From: an uncultured bacterium
Lineage (GTDB): Bacteria; Gemmatimonadota; Gemmatimonadetes; Gemmatimonadales; GWC2-71-9
Reading direction: 5' to 3'
NCBI GenBank assembly: GCA_965651205.1
Contig: CBFGRM010000002.1
Location: 15,321-79,320 of the forward strand
DNA: 64,000 nt
Shown: positions 41,600 to 51,263 of the stretch, piece after piece
Layout: each line of letters opens with the position of its first letter
How positions within the stretch are numbered: the first letter of the stretch is position 1
The notes under the pieces: generated by a model
The model's input: only the letters and a program-made list of their open reading frames with translations
Told to the model about the DNA's origin: nothing
Database searches by the model: none
Made by a program: the position numbers and the translations under genes

Positions 41600-41772
41600 G
41601 GTGAGGATCCTCTGGTGCGGGGTAAGGTTCGCGGGCCCCCCGGGAGGCCCGCCACCGTCAGTACGCAAACTTACCCGCCCTGGTTGAGCGGGGGAACGGG
41701 CCGGGTCCTCGCTGACGGGAATTGGCGAATGGCAGTATCGTTGAGCTTCCATCCCCAAGAGGTCCGAATACG

Positions 41773-43146
41773 ATGCCCCGTTGCCAAGCCGCCGGCTTGC
41801 TCATCGCCCTGACCATCACGATTGCTGCCCCCGCCCCCGCGAGGGGCCAGAGCCGCCCGCCGACTTGGTCCGCCCTCCTGGACAGCATTGCCCACGCCCC
41901 GTCGGCAGATCGGATCGCGGCCGACATCCGGACCCTGGTGAGCTTCGGCACTCGCAACACCCTGAGCGACACGCTCTCGTCGACTCGTGGCATCGGCGCG
42001 GCCAGGCGCTGGATCCACGCCGAGTTCGAACGGATCAGTGCCGCTTGTGGCAACTGCCTGGAGGTGCGCTACCTGCACCACCTGGTGCCCGGCAGGCCGG
42101 GGAGTCGCACTCCCCTGGACATCGACGTGGTGAGCGTCGTGGCGATCCAGCGCGGCACGACCCTGCCGGACCACTGGGTGATTATGTCGGGTGACATCGA
42201 CTCGCGGATCAGCGACGTGCTCAATGCCGTCGATGACTCGCCCGGAGCCAACGACAACGCCTCCGGGATGGCCGGCACCATCGAGGCGGCGCGGGTGCTG
42301 AGCCGCCATCGCTTCGCGAAGTCGATCGTGTATGCCGGCCTGGCCGGCGAGGAGCAGGGACTGCTGGGCGGCACCGGCTTCGCGGCCCAGATCGTCGACA
42401 GCGGCTGGGTGGTCGAGGCGGTGCTCAACAACGATATGATCGGCAACATCGAAGGAATCAACGGCGTGATCGACAACCGTTCGTTCCGGATCTTCAGTGA
42501 ACCGGTGTCGTTCACGGAATCGGAGTCGGCACGCAACGCACGCCGCAGTTATGGTGGCGAGGTCGACGGCCCGTCGCGACAACTTGCCCGCTACATCGAA
42601 CGACTGACGCGGCAGTACCGGCCAGACCTCGAGCCGCGGATGATCTATCGGCTCGATCGCTTCGGGCGTGGTGGCCATCACCGCCCGTTCAACGACCAGG
42701 GGATGCCGGCAATCCGGTTGATGGAGTCGCACGAGAACTACGATCGGCAGCACCAGGACTTGCGCACCGAGGACGGCCGGGAGTACGGTGACGTCATCGA
42801 GCACGTCAACTTCGACTACGCAGCAAGTCTCACCGCCGTCAATGCGCTCACACTGGCTTCGCTCGCCTCGGCACCACCGCCCCCCGGACGGGTGCGACTG
42901 CGGGGCGCCGTCTCCGCCAACACCACCGTGAGCTGGGAAGCCGCCGGCAGTGACCTTGTGGCCGGGTACCGAGTCTACTGGCGTGACACCACCGCCCCCC
43001 AATGGACCTGGTCAAGGTTCGTGCCGTCAGGAACAACGTCGATCACGCTGGCCGGCGTGATCATCGACGACTTCCTGTTCGGAGTTGCATCGGTTGGTGC
43101 AGACGGCAGTGAATCAGTGATCCGGTTTCCGTCCTTCGGCCGCTGA
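41773..43146 (+). CDS. M28-family aminopeptidase with a C-terminal FN3-like domain
   Basis: Signal MPRCQAAGLLIALTITIAAPAPARG. The metal-binding motifs SPGANDNASGMAG and AGEEQGLLG are present. Confidence 0.85.
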   Translation: MPRCQAAGLLIALTITIAAPAPARGQSRPPTWSALLDSIAHAPSADRIAADIRTLVSFGTRNTLSDTLSSTRGIGAARRWIHAEFERISAACGNCLEVRYLHHLVPGRPGSRTPLDIDVVSVVAIQRGTTLPDHWVIMSGDIDSRISDVLNAVDDSPGANDNASGMAGTIEAARVLSRHRFAKSIVYAGLAGEEQGLLGGTGFAAQIVDSGWVVEAVLNNDMIGNIEGINGVIDNRSFRIFSEPVSFTESESARNARRSYGGEVDGPSRQLARYIERLTRQYRPDLEPRMIYRLDRFGRGGHHRPFNDQGMPAIRLMESHENYDRQHQDLRTEDGREYGDVIEHVNFDYAASLTAVNALTLASLASAPPPPGRVRLRGAVSANTTVSWEAAGSDLVAGYRVYWRDTTAPQWTWSRFVPSGTTSITLAGVIIDDFLFGVASVGADGSESVIRFPSFGR

Positions 43147-43186
43147 AGCCGGCGGCGCAGGTCATCCCTCGAGGAGTGACTGGTCA

Positions 43187-44266
43187 ATGCCTCCAATGAA
43201 GGCCTTGTGGTGCCTGTTGACGTGTGCTTCGGCTATGGTTTCCGGGTGTTCGCATTCGGATCCGGTTGGCGCGGGAATCAGCTACCAGGGTGACCAACCG
43301 CACCGGACGGACGATCCGGTCCAGCTCACCTTCTCGCCCTCGGTCGATGGCCGACCGGTGTACTCTCGCGGCGGAACCTGGCTGGCCTACGCGGCCGGAC
43401 GGGGCACCGCGCAGCGACAGGATCTCTGCCTGGCCGTGCTGCCGGGTGGCGGGGGACAGCAGCGGCTCAATCATTGCCTCGACGTGCCTGACTCGACCCA
43501 TCGGATCGAGGCGGTCGAGTACGCCGCGATGCACGACGATGGTCGGGTGACGTTCATCCGCAACATCGGCCTCAGTGGCGGCTTCGGCAGCATCGCGAGC
43601 GAGCTGCTGATCACCGACATCGATTCCCGACAGGCGCCGCGCAAGCTGCTGGACCTCGGTCGATTCTTCCCGGGCGTGAGCGGCCGGGTCGACTACCTGC
43701 TCGGAATGACGTGGACCGGCCCCAACGAGATCACCGCGATGGCCACCACCGCACAGATCGGCGAACAGTGCCAATTCTGCCCGATAGACACGCTGTATAC
43801 CGGGTCGCAGGTGGTCAGGTTCCGCACCGATCAGGCGCAGCCGGCGCTGCAAGTGGTTGCCGGGGCCGCTGGTGCGTCCAGGATGGCGGTCGACGTCGGT
43901 GCCCGGCAGATCTACCTGCTGCACGGCACCACCATCAGCAGGATGCCGATCGACGGGGGCGAGATGACGACATACCACATCCCGCCACCCCGACCCGGCA
44001 CCGTTTCCGACACGGTGTCGTCGATCGCCGCCGGTGGCGGCCTGGTCTTCTACGCACGCCACACGATCACCCTGGTGTCCAACATCCGCACCGAGTCCCA
44101 CGCGATCTATCAGGTGGAGGATCAGGGCAACGCCCGGGTGCTTTTCACGGGCGGAAACGTCCAGTTGGGGGATTACCTCACCGCCACCGATGATGGTCGG
44201 CGAATCGCCTTCGAAGCGACTGGCCACGAGGGCAGAAACATCTTCCGAATCGAGGTGGCGCCGTGA
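43187..44266 (+). CDS. TolB-like beta-propeller lipoprotein
   Basis: Lipobox AMVSGC, with repeated PD40-like segments (P.YS..G..LAY..., DDGRRIAFEA). Confidence 0.55.
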   Translation: MPPMKALWCLLTCASAMVSGCSHSDPVGAGISYQGDQPHRTDDPVQLTFSPSVDGRPVYSRGGTWLAYAAGRGTAQRQDLCLAVLPGGGGQQRLNHCLDVPDSTHRIEAVEYAAMHDDGRVTFIRNIGLSGGFGSIASELLITDIDSRQAPRKLLDLGRFFPGVSGRVDYLLGMTWTGPNEITAMATTAQIGEQCQFCPIDTLYTGSQVVRFRTDQAQPALQVVAGAAGASRMAVDVGARQIYLLHGTTISRMPIDGGEMTTYHIPPPRPGTVSDTVSSIAAGGGLVFYARHTITLVSNIRTESHAIYQVEDQGNARVLFTGGNVQLGDYLTATDDGRRIAFEATGHEGRNIFRIEVAP

Positions 44267-47031
44267 ATCGTGCTCGACTTGCGGTACTGCTCCTTGTGCT
44301 GCCCGTCGCCACGATGTCGGCGCAGTCGACAGGTGGCCTGGTGGGTCGAGTCGTGGACGCCGCCACCGGAAGACCGATCGTCGGTGCCGACGTGCGCTTG
44401 CCGGAGCTCGGCCTGCTCACGCGCACCGATCGCGACGGCGAGTACCGGTTGCGCGGAATCGTCGCAGGCCAGCATCGGCTCAGGGTGACGTCGCCCGGCT
44501 ACCGACCGGCTGAGCGCGATTCGATCCAGGTGCTTGCGGGCGAATTCGTGCGGGTCGAGGTCCGACTGGCCGCATTGGCGGTCGAGCTGGGCGACCTGGT
44601 CTCGGTGGGAGTGATGGATCCGGTGCTGGATCCACTGGCGACCCAGACGGTGCAACGGATCAGCGCCGAAGACCTGCGCCGGCTGCCGGTGTCGTCGCTC
44701 GATGACGCAATCGCGCTGCAGGCCGGCGTGGTGGGTGAATCATTCCGGGGCGGTCGGGCCGGTCACCAGTCGTTCATCCTTGACGGCCTCGGTGTCAAGA
44801 ACCAGCTCGACGCCTCGACCAACGGCTTCGGACTCAGGATTCCGACCGACCTGATCACCGAGGCCCAGTTGGTCACCAACGGCTTCTCGGCGCGCTACGG
44901 TCAGGCGCTGTCCGGATTGGTGAGCGTCAACACCCGTGACGGCGGCGACGAGTGGCGCGGCCGGTTGGCCTACGAAACCGACCGACCGATGAGCGGCATC
45001 CACGACCTCGGACTGGATCGAGTGGTGGCACAGGCGGATGGCCCGCTGATCGGTGGTGCCACCCTGGTGGCCGTGCTCGACCTCACGGCGCGACTCGACA
45101 ACGACCCGGTGAACGCACCCAATGCGGTCGACGAGCTCGACCCGAGACATCTCGTGTCGCGGCCGCTGCCGCACAACAGTGGCGAGAACTGGAGCGGCGC
45201 GCTCAAACTCACGGTGCCGATCGGCCGTCGAGTCATCACCCGATTCTTCGGCCTGCAGAGCATCGACCAGCAGTACCTGTACGACCAGCGCTACAAGTAC
45301 GAACCCGACTTCGGCCCGGGCCGCCGGGTCAACGGCTCGCTGTACACGGCGCACCTGCAATTGCTGCCGGGCGAGTCGACCCCACTGATCGGCGACATCC
45401 GGATCGGCCGCTTCTCGCGCGAGTTCGTGCGCGGACCGGTGGACGCGCCCGATTACAGCTTCGGCGCATTCACCGGCGACCGGATGAAGATCCTCGGCGA
45501 GGAACTGGCCCGGTCGCAGGACACCATCGCCGCCCGCAACCCGGTGGCAGGATTCACCGCACCGACCTACTCCAGCCACACACCCTGGGGCGTGCCGGCG
45601 TTCTTCCTGGGAAGCGGCACGGCCGGCGAACTGGCGTGGAACGAGTTCAGCGAGTTGCGCCTGCAGGCAGACTTCGTGCTGGGAGTGGGACAGCGCGCCG
45701 ACCTCCTCTTCGGCGCGCTGTACGCGGGACAGGAAGTGAACACGTTCCAGCGCGTCGACGCGGGGTTGCCGGTCGGTGGCGACATACCATCGGCAACGGC
45801 CTCGGCATTCTCGCCACTGATCACCGCCGCGTACGTCGAGGGTCAGGCGCGTGCCGCTGATCTCGGCTTTACCGTGGGGGTCCGCTACGACGGTTTCGAC
45901 CCCGGCGCTGAACTCGGCAACTCCACTATCGGTGCGCGTCAGTCGATCAACCCCAGAGTGGCGGTTTCCACCGTGCTGAGTGGCGCCACGGTGGTCGGCA
46001 GCATCGGCAAGTTCGCCCAACCGCCAGACCTGCAGTACCTGATCGATGCCGCATTCGACGACACCACCCGCACCGGTCGCTTCCGCCAGGGCAATCCCGA
46101 TCTCGGCTTCGAAGAGGGAACCCAGTTCGAGTTGTCGGCAAGGATCCGGGTGCGGCCCCACAGTTCACTACGGCTGAACGTGTTCAACAAGCGGCTCAAT
46201 GGCCTGGTGTCCACCGCACCGTTCGGCACCAACCCGGACTCGAGCCAGTTCGTCAACGCAGACTTCGGCACCGTGGTCGGAGGCGAGGTGATTTTCGAGC
46301 GGGAACGCACCGACGGCTGGGGTGCCCGGCTGGCGATGACCGTGCAGCGCGCCGAGGCAACGGTCACCGATGCATTCGAACTGCAACGGGTGCGGATGAT
46401 CGACCCCAACACCGGTGACACGCTGCCGCCACCGGCGCGGGCACAGTATCCGCTCGACTACGACCGTCGACTGGCGCTGGTCGCGACCCTCGACGGCGAG
46501 CTGAACCCCGGGTTCGGGCCGGCAATTCTTGGTGTGCGCCCGCTGGCCTCGCTGTCAGGGGCAGTGATCGGGCGTTACGGCACAGGGCTGCCGTATTCGC
46601 GCACCGACATCACCGGAGACTCGCTGATCTACTCGCCCAACGGCTCGCGGCTGCCGTCGCAGTGGTCGATCGACGCCCTGTTGCGGCGACCGCTCCGCTT
46701 CGGCAGTATTGCTGGAGGACTTTACCTGGATGTCCGCAACGTGACCAACCGCCGCAACGTGCTGTCGGTGCGACGTGACACCGGCCTTCCCGACGCCTCC
46801 GAGTCGTACCTCAACGCGATCGCGGAGACGGCCTACCAGGCCAATCCGGGAACGATACCGTTCGAGTCCGCGCGCTACCGGCGATTCGCGGACCTCAACA
46901 ACGACGGAGCAATCAGTGGACGAGAGGAGCTGTTCCCGCTTTACCTGTCGGCAGCGCGCGACTTCTCGCAGCCGCTGTTCGTGTACGGGCCACCGCGCCA
47001 GGTGCGTTTCGGCGTGGAGCTGACGTTCTGA
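44263..47031 (+). CDS. TonB-dependent receptor-like outer membrane protein with an N-terminal carboxypeptidase-regulatory-like domain
   Basis: GRVVDAATGRPIVGADV...TDRDGEYRLRGI (CarboxypepD_reg), a plug-like region, and the C-terminal beta-barrel end RFGVELTF. Confidence 0.8.
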   Translation: MNRARLAVLLLVLPVATMSAQSTGGLVGRVVDAATGRPIVGADVRLPELGLLTRTDRDGEYRLRGIVAGQHRLRVTSPGYRPAERDSIQVLAGEFVRVEVRLAALAVELGDLVSVGVMDPVLDPLATQTVQRISAEDLRRLPVSSLDDAIALQAGVVGESFRGGRAGHQSFILDGLGVKNQLDASTNGFGLRIPTDLITEAQLVTNGFSARYGQALSGLVSVNTRDGGDEWRGRLAYETDRPMSGIHDLGLDRVVAQADGPLIGGATLVAVLDLTARLDNDPVNAPNAVDELDPRHLVSRPLPHNSGENWSGALKLTVPIGRRVITRFFGLQSIDQQYLYDQRYKYEPDFGPGRRVNGSLYTAHLQLLPGESTPLIGDIRIGRFSREFVRGPVDAPDYSFGAFTGDRMKILGEELARSQDTIAARNPVAGFTAPTYSSHTPWGVPAFFLGSGTAGELAWNEFSELRLQADFVLGVGQRADLLFGALYAGQEVNTFQRVDAGLPVGGDIPSATASAFSPLITAAYVEGQARAADLGFTVGVRYDGFDPGAELGNSTIGARQSINPRVAVSTVLSGATVVGSIGKFAQPPDLQYLIDAAFDDTTRTGRFRQGNPDLGFEEGTQFELSARIRVRPHSSLRLNVFNKRLNGLVSTAPFGTNPDSSQFVNADFGTVVGGEVIFERERTDGWGARLAMTVQRAEATVTDAFELQRVRMIDPNTGDTLPPPARAQYPLDYDRRLALVATLDGELNPGFGPAILGVRPLASLSGAVIGRYGTGLPYSRTDITGDSLIYSPNGSRLPSQWSIDALLRRPLRFGSIAGGLYLDVRNVTNRRNVLSVRRDTGLPDASESYLNAIAETAYQANPGTIPFESARYRRFADLNNDGAISGREELFPLYLSAARDFSQPLFVYGPPRQVRFGVELTF

Positions 47032-47387
47032 ACGCAGCCCTCGGCCTTGTAGGGCTCGCCGCCGGTGTCCTGTCGGGACTGTTCGGCATCGGCGGCGGCG
47101 TGGTTATCGTGGCCGCGCTGGTTGCGATTGCGAAGTTTCCGATCCACAAGGCCACCGGCACGTCCCTGGCTGCACTGCTGCTGCCGGTGGCCATTCTGGG
47201 CGTGCTCGAGTACTGGAAGTCGGGCAACGTCGACATCCGGGCCGCAGCGCTGCTGGCCGCCGGCTTGCTGGTGGGCGCCTGGATCGGCGCACGACTGGCG
47301 CTGCAGTTGAGTGGCCCCGCCCTGCAGCGCGCCTTCGCGGTTTTCCTGGTGGTGATCGCAGTGCGGATGTGGCTCAAGGCCGGCTGA
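47028..47387 (+). CDS. TauE/SafE-family (sulfite exporter-like) small membrane protein; proposed CTG start
   Basis: The in-frame upstream sequence encodes LNAALGLVGLAAGVLSGLFGIGGGVVIV, the conserved TauE N-terminus. No ATG/GTG/TTG occurs before 47100. CTG 47028 overlaps the upstream TGA (CTGA). Confidence 0.65.
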   Translation: MNAALGLVGLAAGVLSGLFGIGGGVVIVAALVAIAKFPIHKATGTSLAALLLPVAILGVLEYWKSGNVDIRAAALLAAGLLVGAWIGARLALQLSGPALQRAFAVFLVVIAVRMWLKAG

Positions 47388-47458
47388 TACTCTTGCCCCT
47401 GTCGCGCCGTGGGGTGATTCTGCGCAATCGAAGCAAGCCCAAGCCGCGTGGAGTCGCT

Positions 47459-48316
47459 ATGCACCGCCAGTTCCGTCCAGTTGTCGTCGCCTGCCTGCTT
47501 GTCATTGCGGCGGTCGCCTGCCGCCTGGAGCAGCGCCCGCCCGCACCGATCGACTCCACCGCCACTGACACCACCCGGATCACGCTCGCCAACTGGGAAA
47601 TGGAACCGATCCCGGATGGCCCGATCGGCGAGAGCATCAGGCGCGGCCTGGCGATCCTGACAGCCACCAATGATTCACTGCCCGAGTACGTCGGCAACGA
47701 CCTCAACTGTATGTCGTGTCACCTGGAGCAGGGCAGCCGCCCCAACGGCCTGCCGCTGGTGGGCGTGTACGCGCGATTCCCGCAGTACAACGCCCGTGCC
47801 GCGCGGGTGTTCAATATCGAGGACCGGATCAACGGCTGCCTGGTCCGCTCGATGAACGGCAAGCCAATGCCGGACACCGCTCGTGCGATGCGCGATATGG
47901 TCTCGTGGATGGCCCACGTGTCCAAGGGACTGCCGGTGGGCGGCCGAATCGAGGGACTCGGCGTGCCAAGACCGGATCAGTTGGCGGGAGACACCGTGGC
48001 CGGTGCGGAGACCTGGCTCCGGGTCTGCGCAGCCTGCCACGGACGGGATGGCCAGGGCACGCCGCTGGCTCCGCCCACCTGGGGACCCCGGTCGTTCAAC
48101 ATTGGTGCGGGAATGGCGCGGATCCGGACCGCAGCCGGGTTCATCCGGCACAATATGCCCAACGACCGGCCCGGCACCCTGACCGACCAGCAGGCGCTTG
48201 ACGTGGCGGCATACCTCGTTTCGCGCCCCAGACCGGATCTGCCAGGCAAGGAGAAGGACTGGCCCAACGGCGGAGCGCCGCCGGATGTGGCGTATCCGGT
48301 TACAAGCCAGCGCTGA
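47459..48316 (+). CDS. dihaem cytochrome c, TsdA (thiosulfate dehydrogenase)-like
   Basis: Has a signal/anchor and two CxxCH motifs (CMSCH, CAACH). DRINGCLVRSMNG places a Cys 39 aa after the first haem His, as in TsdA/SoxA-type His/Cys haems (from memory). Confidence 0.6.
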   Translation: MHRQFRPVVVACLLVIAAVACRLEQRPPAPIDSTATDTTRITLANWEMEPIPDGPIGESIRRGLAILTATNDSLPEYVGNDLNCMSCHLEQGSRPNGLPLVGVYARFPQYNARAARVFNIEDRINGCLVRSMNGKPMPDTARAMRDMVSWMAHVSKGLPVGGRIEGLGVPRPDQLAGDTVAGAETWLRVCAACHGRDGQGTPLAPPTWGPRSFNIGAGMARIRTAAGFIRHNMPNDRPGTLTDQQALDVAAYLVSRPRPDLPGKEKDWPNGGAPPDVAYPVTSQR

Positions 48317-48318
48317 AA

Positions 48319-48346
48319 GGGAGAAGGGAGAAGGGAGAAGGGAGAG
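48319..48346. repeat. (GGGAGAA)3-GGGAGAGG heptamer array, one-armed, left flank of the ars module
   Basis: Direct reading. It is the reverse complement of the pyrimidine arm at 49701..49727. Confidence 0.85.
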
Positions 48347-48347
48347 G

Positions 48348-48381
48348 TTGACATATCAATATTTGTTGATACATTGCTGTT
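48348..48381 (+). promoter_or_regulatory. arsR promoter with an overlapping inverted-repeat operator; probable leaderless transcript
   Basis: TTGACA (48348..48353), a 16-nt spacer, then TACATT (48370..48375). The ATG follows 6 nt later at 48382. The inverted repeat TATCAA-N6-TTGATA lies in the spacer. Confidence 0.55.
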
Positions 48382-48729
48382 ATGGTCACCGAAGCCGCAA
48401 TTGCCCGCAAGGTTCCCGTCGACATCCCACGGATCGCCGAGCTGTGTCACGCACTCTCCGACGAAACCCGGCTGTCGGTGCTGGAGCTGTTGCGTTTCGG
48501 CGAGCGCTGCGTCTGTGACCTGCAGACGGACCTCGACATCGGCCAGAGCCGGCTCTCGTTCCACCTCAAGGTCTTGCGCGATGCCGGCCTGGTGAACGAC
48601 CGCCGGGACGGGCGCTGGGCCTTCTACACGCTGACGCCCTCCGCGGTCGAGGAACTGCACGACCTGGTGATCACGCTGCGCCCCAGGTCAGGCGCGCTGC
48701 CGATCGTCCAGGCGCCGTGCTGCGACTGA
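48382..48729 (+). CDS. arsR: ArsR/SmtB-family metalloregulator
   Basis: LSDETRLSVLELLRFGERCVCDLQTDLDIGQSRLSFHLKVLRDAGLV, i.e. the wHTH plus the CVC metal site. Confidence 0.85.
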   Translation: MVTEAAIARKVPVDIPRIAELCHALSDETRLSVLELLRFGERCVCDLQTDLDIGQSRLSFHLKVLRDAGLVNDRRDGRWAFYTLTPSAVEELHDLVITLRPRSGALPIVQAPCCD

Positions 48730-48785
48730 CGAGTCGCAGTTTTTCCGAGGTACACATCAACCTTTCTTGATCAACGGAGGCGACA

Positions 48786-48836
48786 ATGAACGACGATTGC
48801 TGCATCGGCACCGTCTGCATCACCGGCGAGTGCTGA
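48786..48836 (+). CDS. candidate 16-aa Cys-rich mini-ORF (MNDDCCIGTVCITGEC)
   Basis: GGAGG lies 5 nt before ATG 48786. The peptide has four Cys with CCx4C spacing. The stop overlaps the candidate GTG start (48830) of the downstream gene. Confidence 0.3.
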   Translation: MNDDCCIGTVCITGEC

Positions 48837-49672
48837 GCGCGCACGCAGGGAGCGAACCCCGGCGCAATGCCGGGGTTCGTGCTGCCCGCCCGGAGGACCT
48901 CGCCCTGGTGCTGGCGTTGCTCGAGGCGGAGCGGCTGCCCGTCGAGGGCGTGGCCGAATCCTTCGCCGATTTCATCGTGGTCGAGCGAGGTGGGACCATT
49001 ATCGCGGCTGCCGGCCTGGAAGTCGTCGCGAACGATTGCCTGCTGCGTTCCCTGGTGGTCGCACCATCGACTCGCGGTCTGGGGCTGGGACAACTGCTGG
49101 TCACTACCCTGCTCGACCGCGCCCGCCAACTGAGGCTTGATTCCATCTGGCTGCTCACTGAAACCGCCGCGACGTACTTCAGCAGACTAGGCTTCGAGGC
49201 CCGGCCTCGCGACGAGGCGCCGACCGGCCTGAGGCAGACGGCCGAGTTTCGCCACTGCTGCCCTGCCTCCGCCACCGCGATGTCCCGCGCAGTCCGACAG
49301 CGGATTATGGTTGTGTGTACCGCGAACCGGGCCAGGTCACAGATCGCCGAGGCGTTGCTGCAACGCCATCTTGGCGACAGGGCCAGGGTTGCAAGTGCGG
49401 GGACTCATCCCGGGAACGAGCCTCATCCACTGGCGGTCGCGGCCCTGGCAGAACTCGGCATCGACTGGCAGGGGCGCAGATGCAAGTCCATCGGCGAGTT
49501 GGTCGGTCCGTGGGATCTGGTGATCACCGTGTGTGACAATGCGCTGGAAAGCTGCCCTGTGGTGCCCGCGGCACGAACCATCCACTGGTCGCTGCCCGAT
49601 CCGGAAGGCAAGAAGGTCGAAGCCTTCCGCGAGATCGCCGCAACCATCACGCGGTTGATCCCACAAGTGTAA
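48830..49672 (+). CDS. arsC: fusion of a GNAT (ArsN2-like) acetyltransferase and an LMW-PTP-type, thioredoxin-coupled arsenate reductase; start uncertain (GTG 48830 or TTG 48767)
   Basis: The GNAT part is RGLGLGQLLV...FRHCCPASATAM. The ArsC part has the CX5R loop VCTANRARSQ and VCDNALESCP. Confidence 0.75.
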   Translation: MLSAHAGSEPRRNAGVRAARPEDLALVLALLEAERLPVEGVAESFADFIVVERGGTIIAAAGLEVVANDCLLRSLVVAPSTRGLGLGQLLVTTLLDRARQLRLDSIWLLTETAATYFSRLGFEARPRDEAPTGLRQTAEFRHCCPASATAMSRAVRQRIMVVCTANRARSQIAEALLQRHLGDRARVASAGTHPGNEPHPLAVAALAELGIDWQGRRCKSIGELVGPWDLVITVCDNALESCPVVPAARTIHWSLPDPEGKKVEAFREIAATITRLIPQV

Positions 49673-49727
49673 GAAGGGAGAATGCCAGCCTTCCATTCTC
49701 CCCTCTCCCTTCTCCCTTCTCCCTTCT
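49671..49727. terminator. heptamer-repeat hairpin between convergent arsC fusion and POT genes
   Basis: GAAGGGAGAATG-ccagccttc-CATTCTCCC, followed by CTCTCCCTTCTCCCTTCTCCCTTCTTC. Confidence 0.65.
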
Positions 49728-51259
<1,532 letters not shown>

Positions 51260-51263
<4 letters not shown>

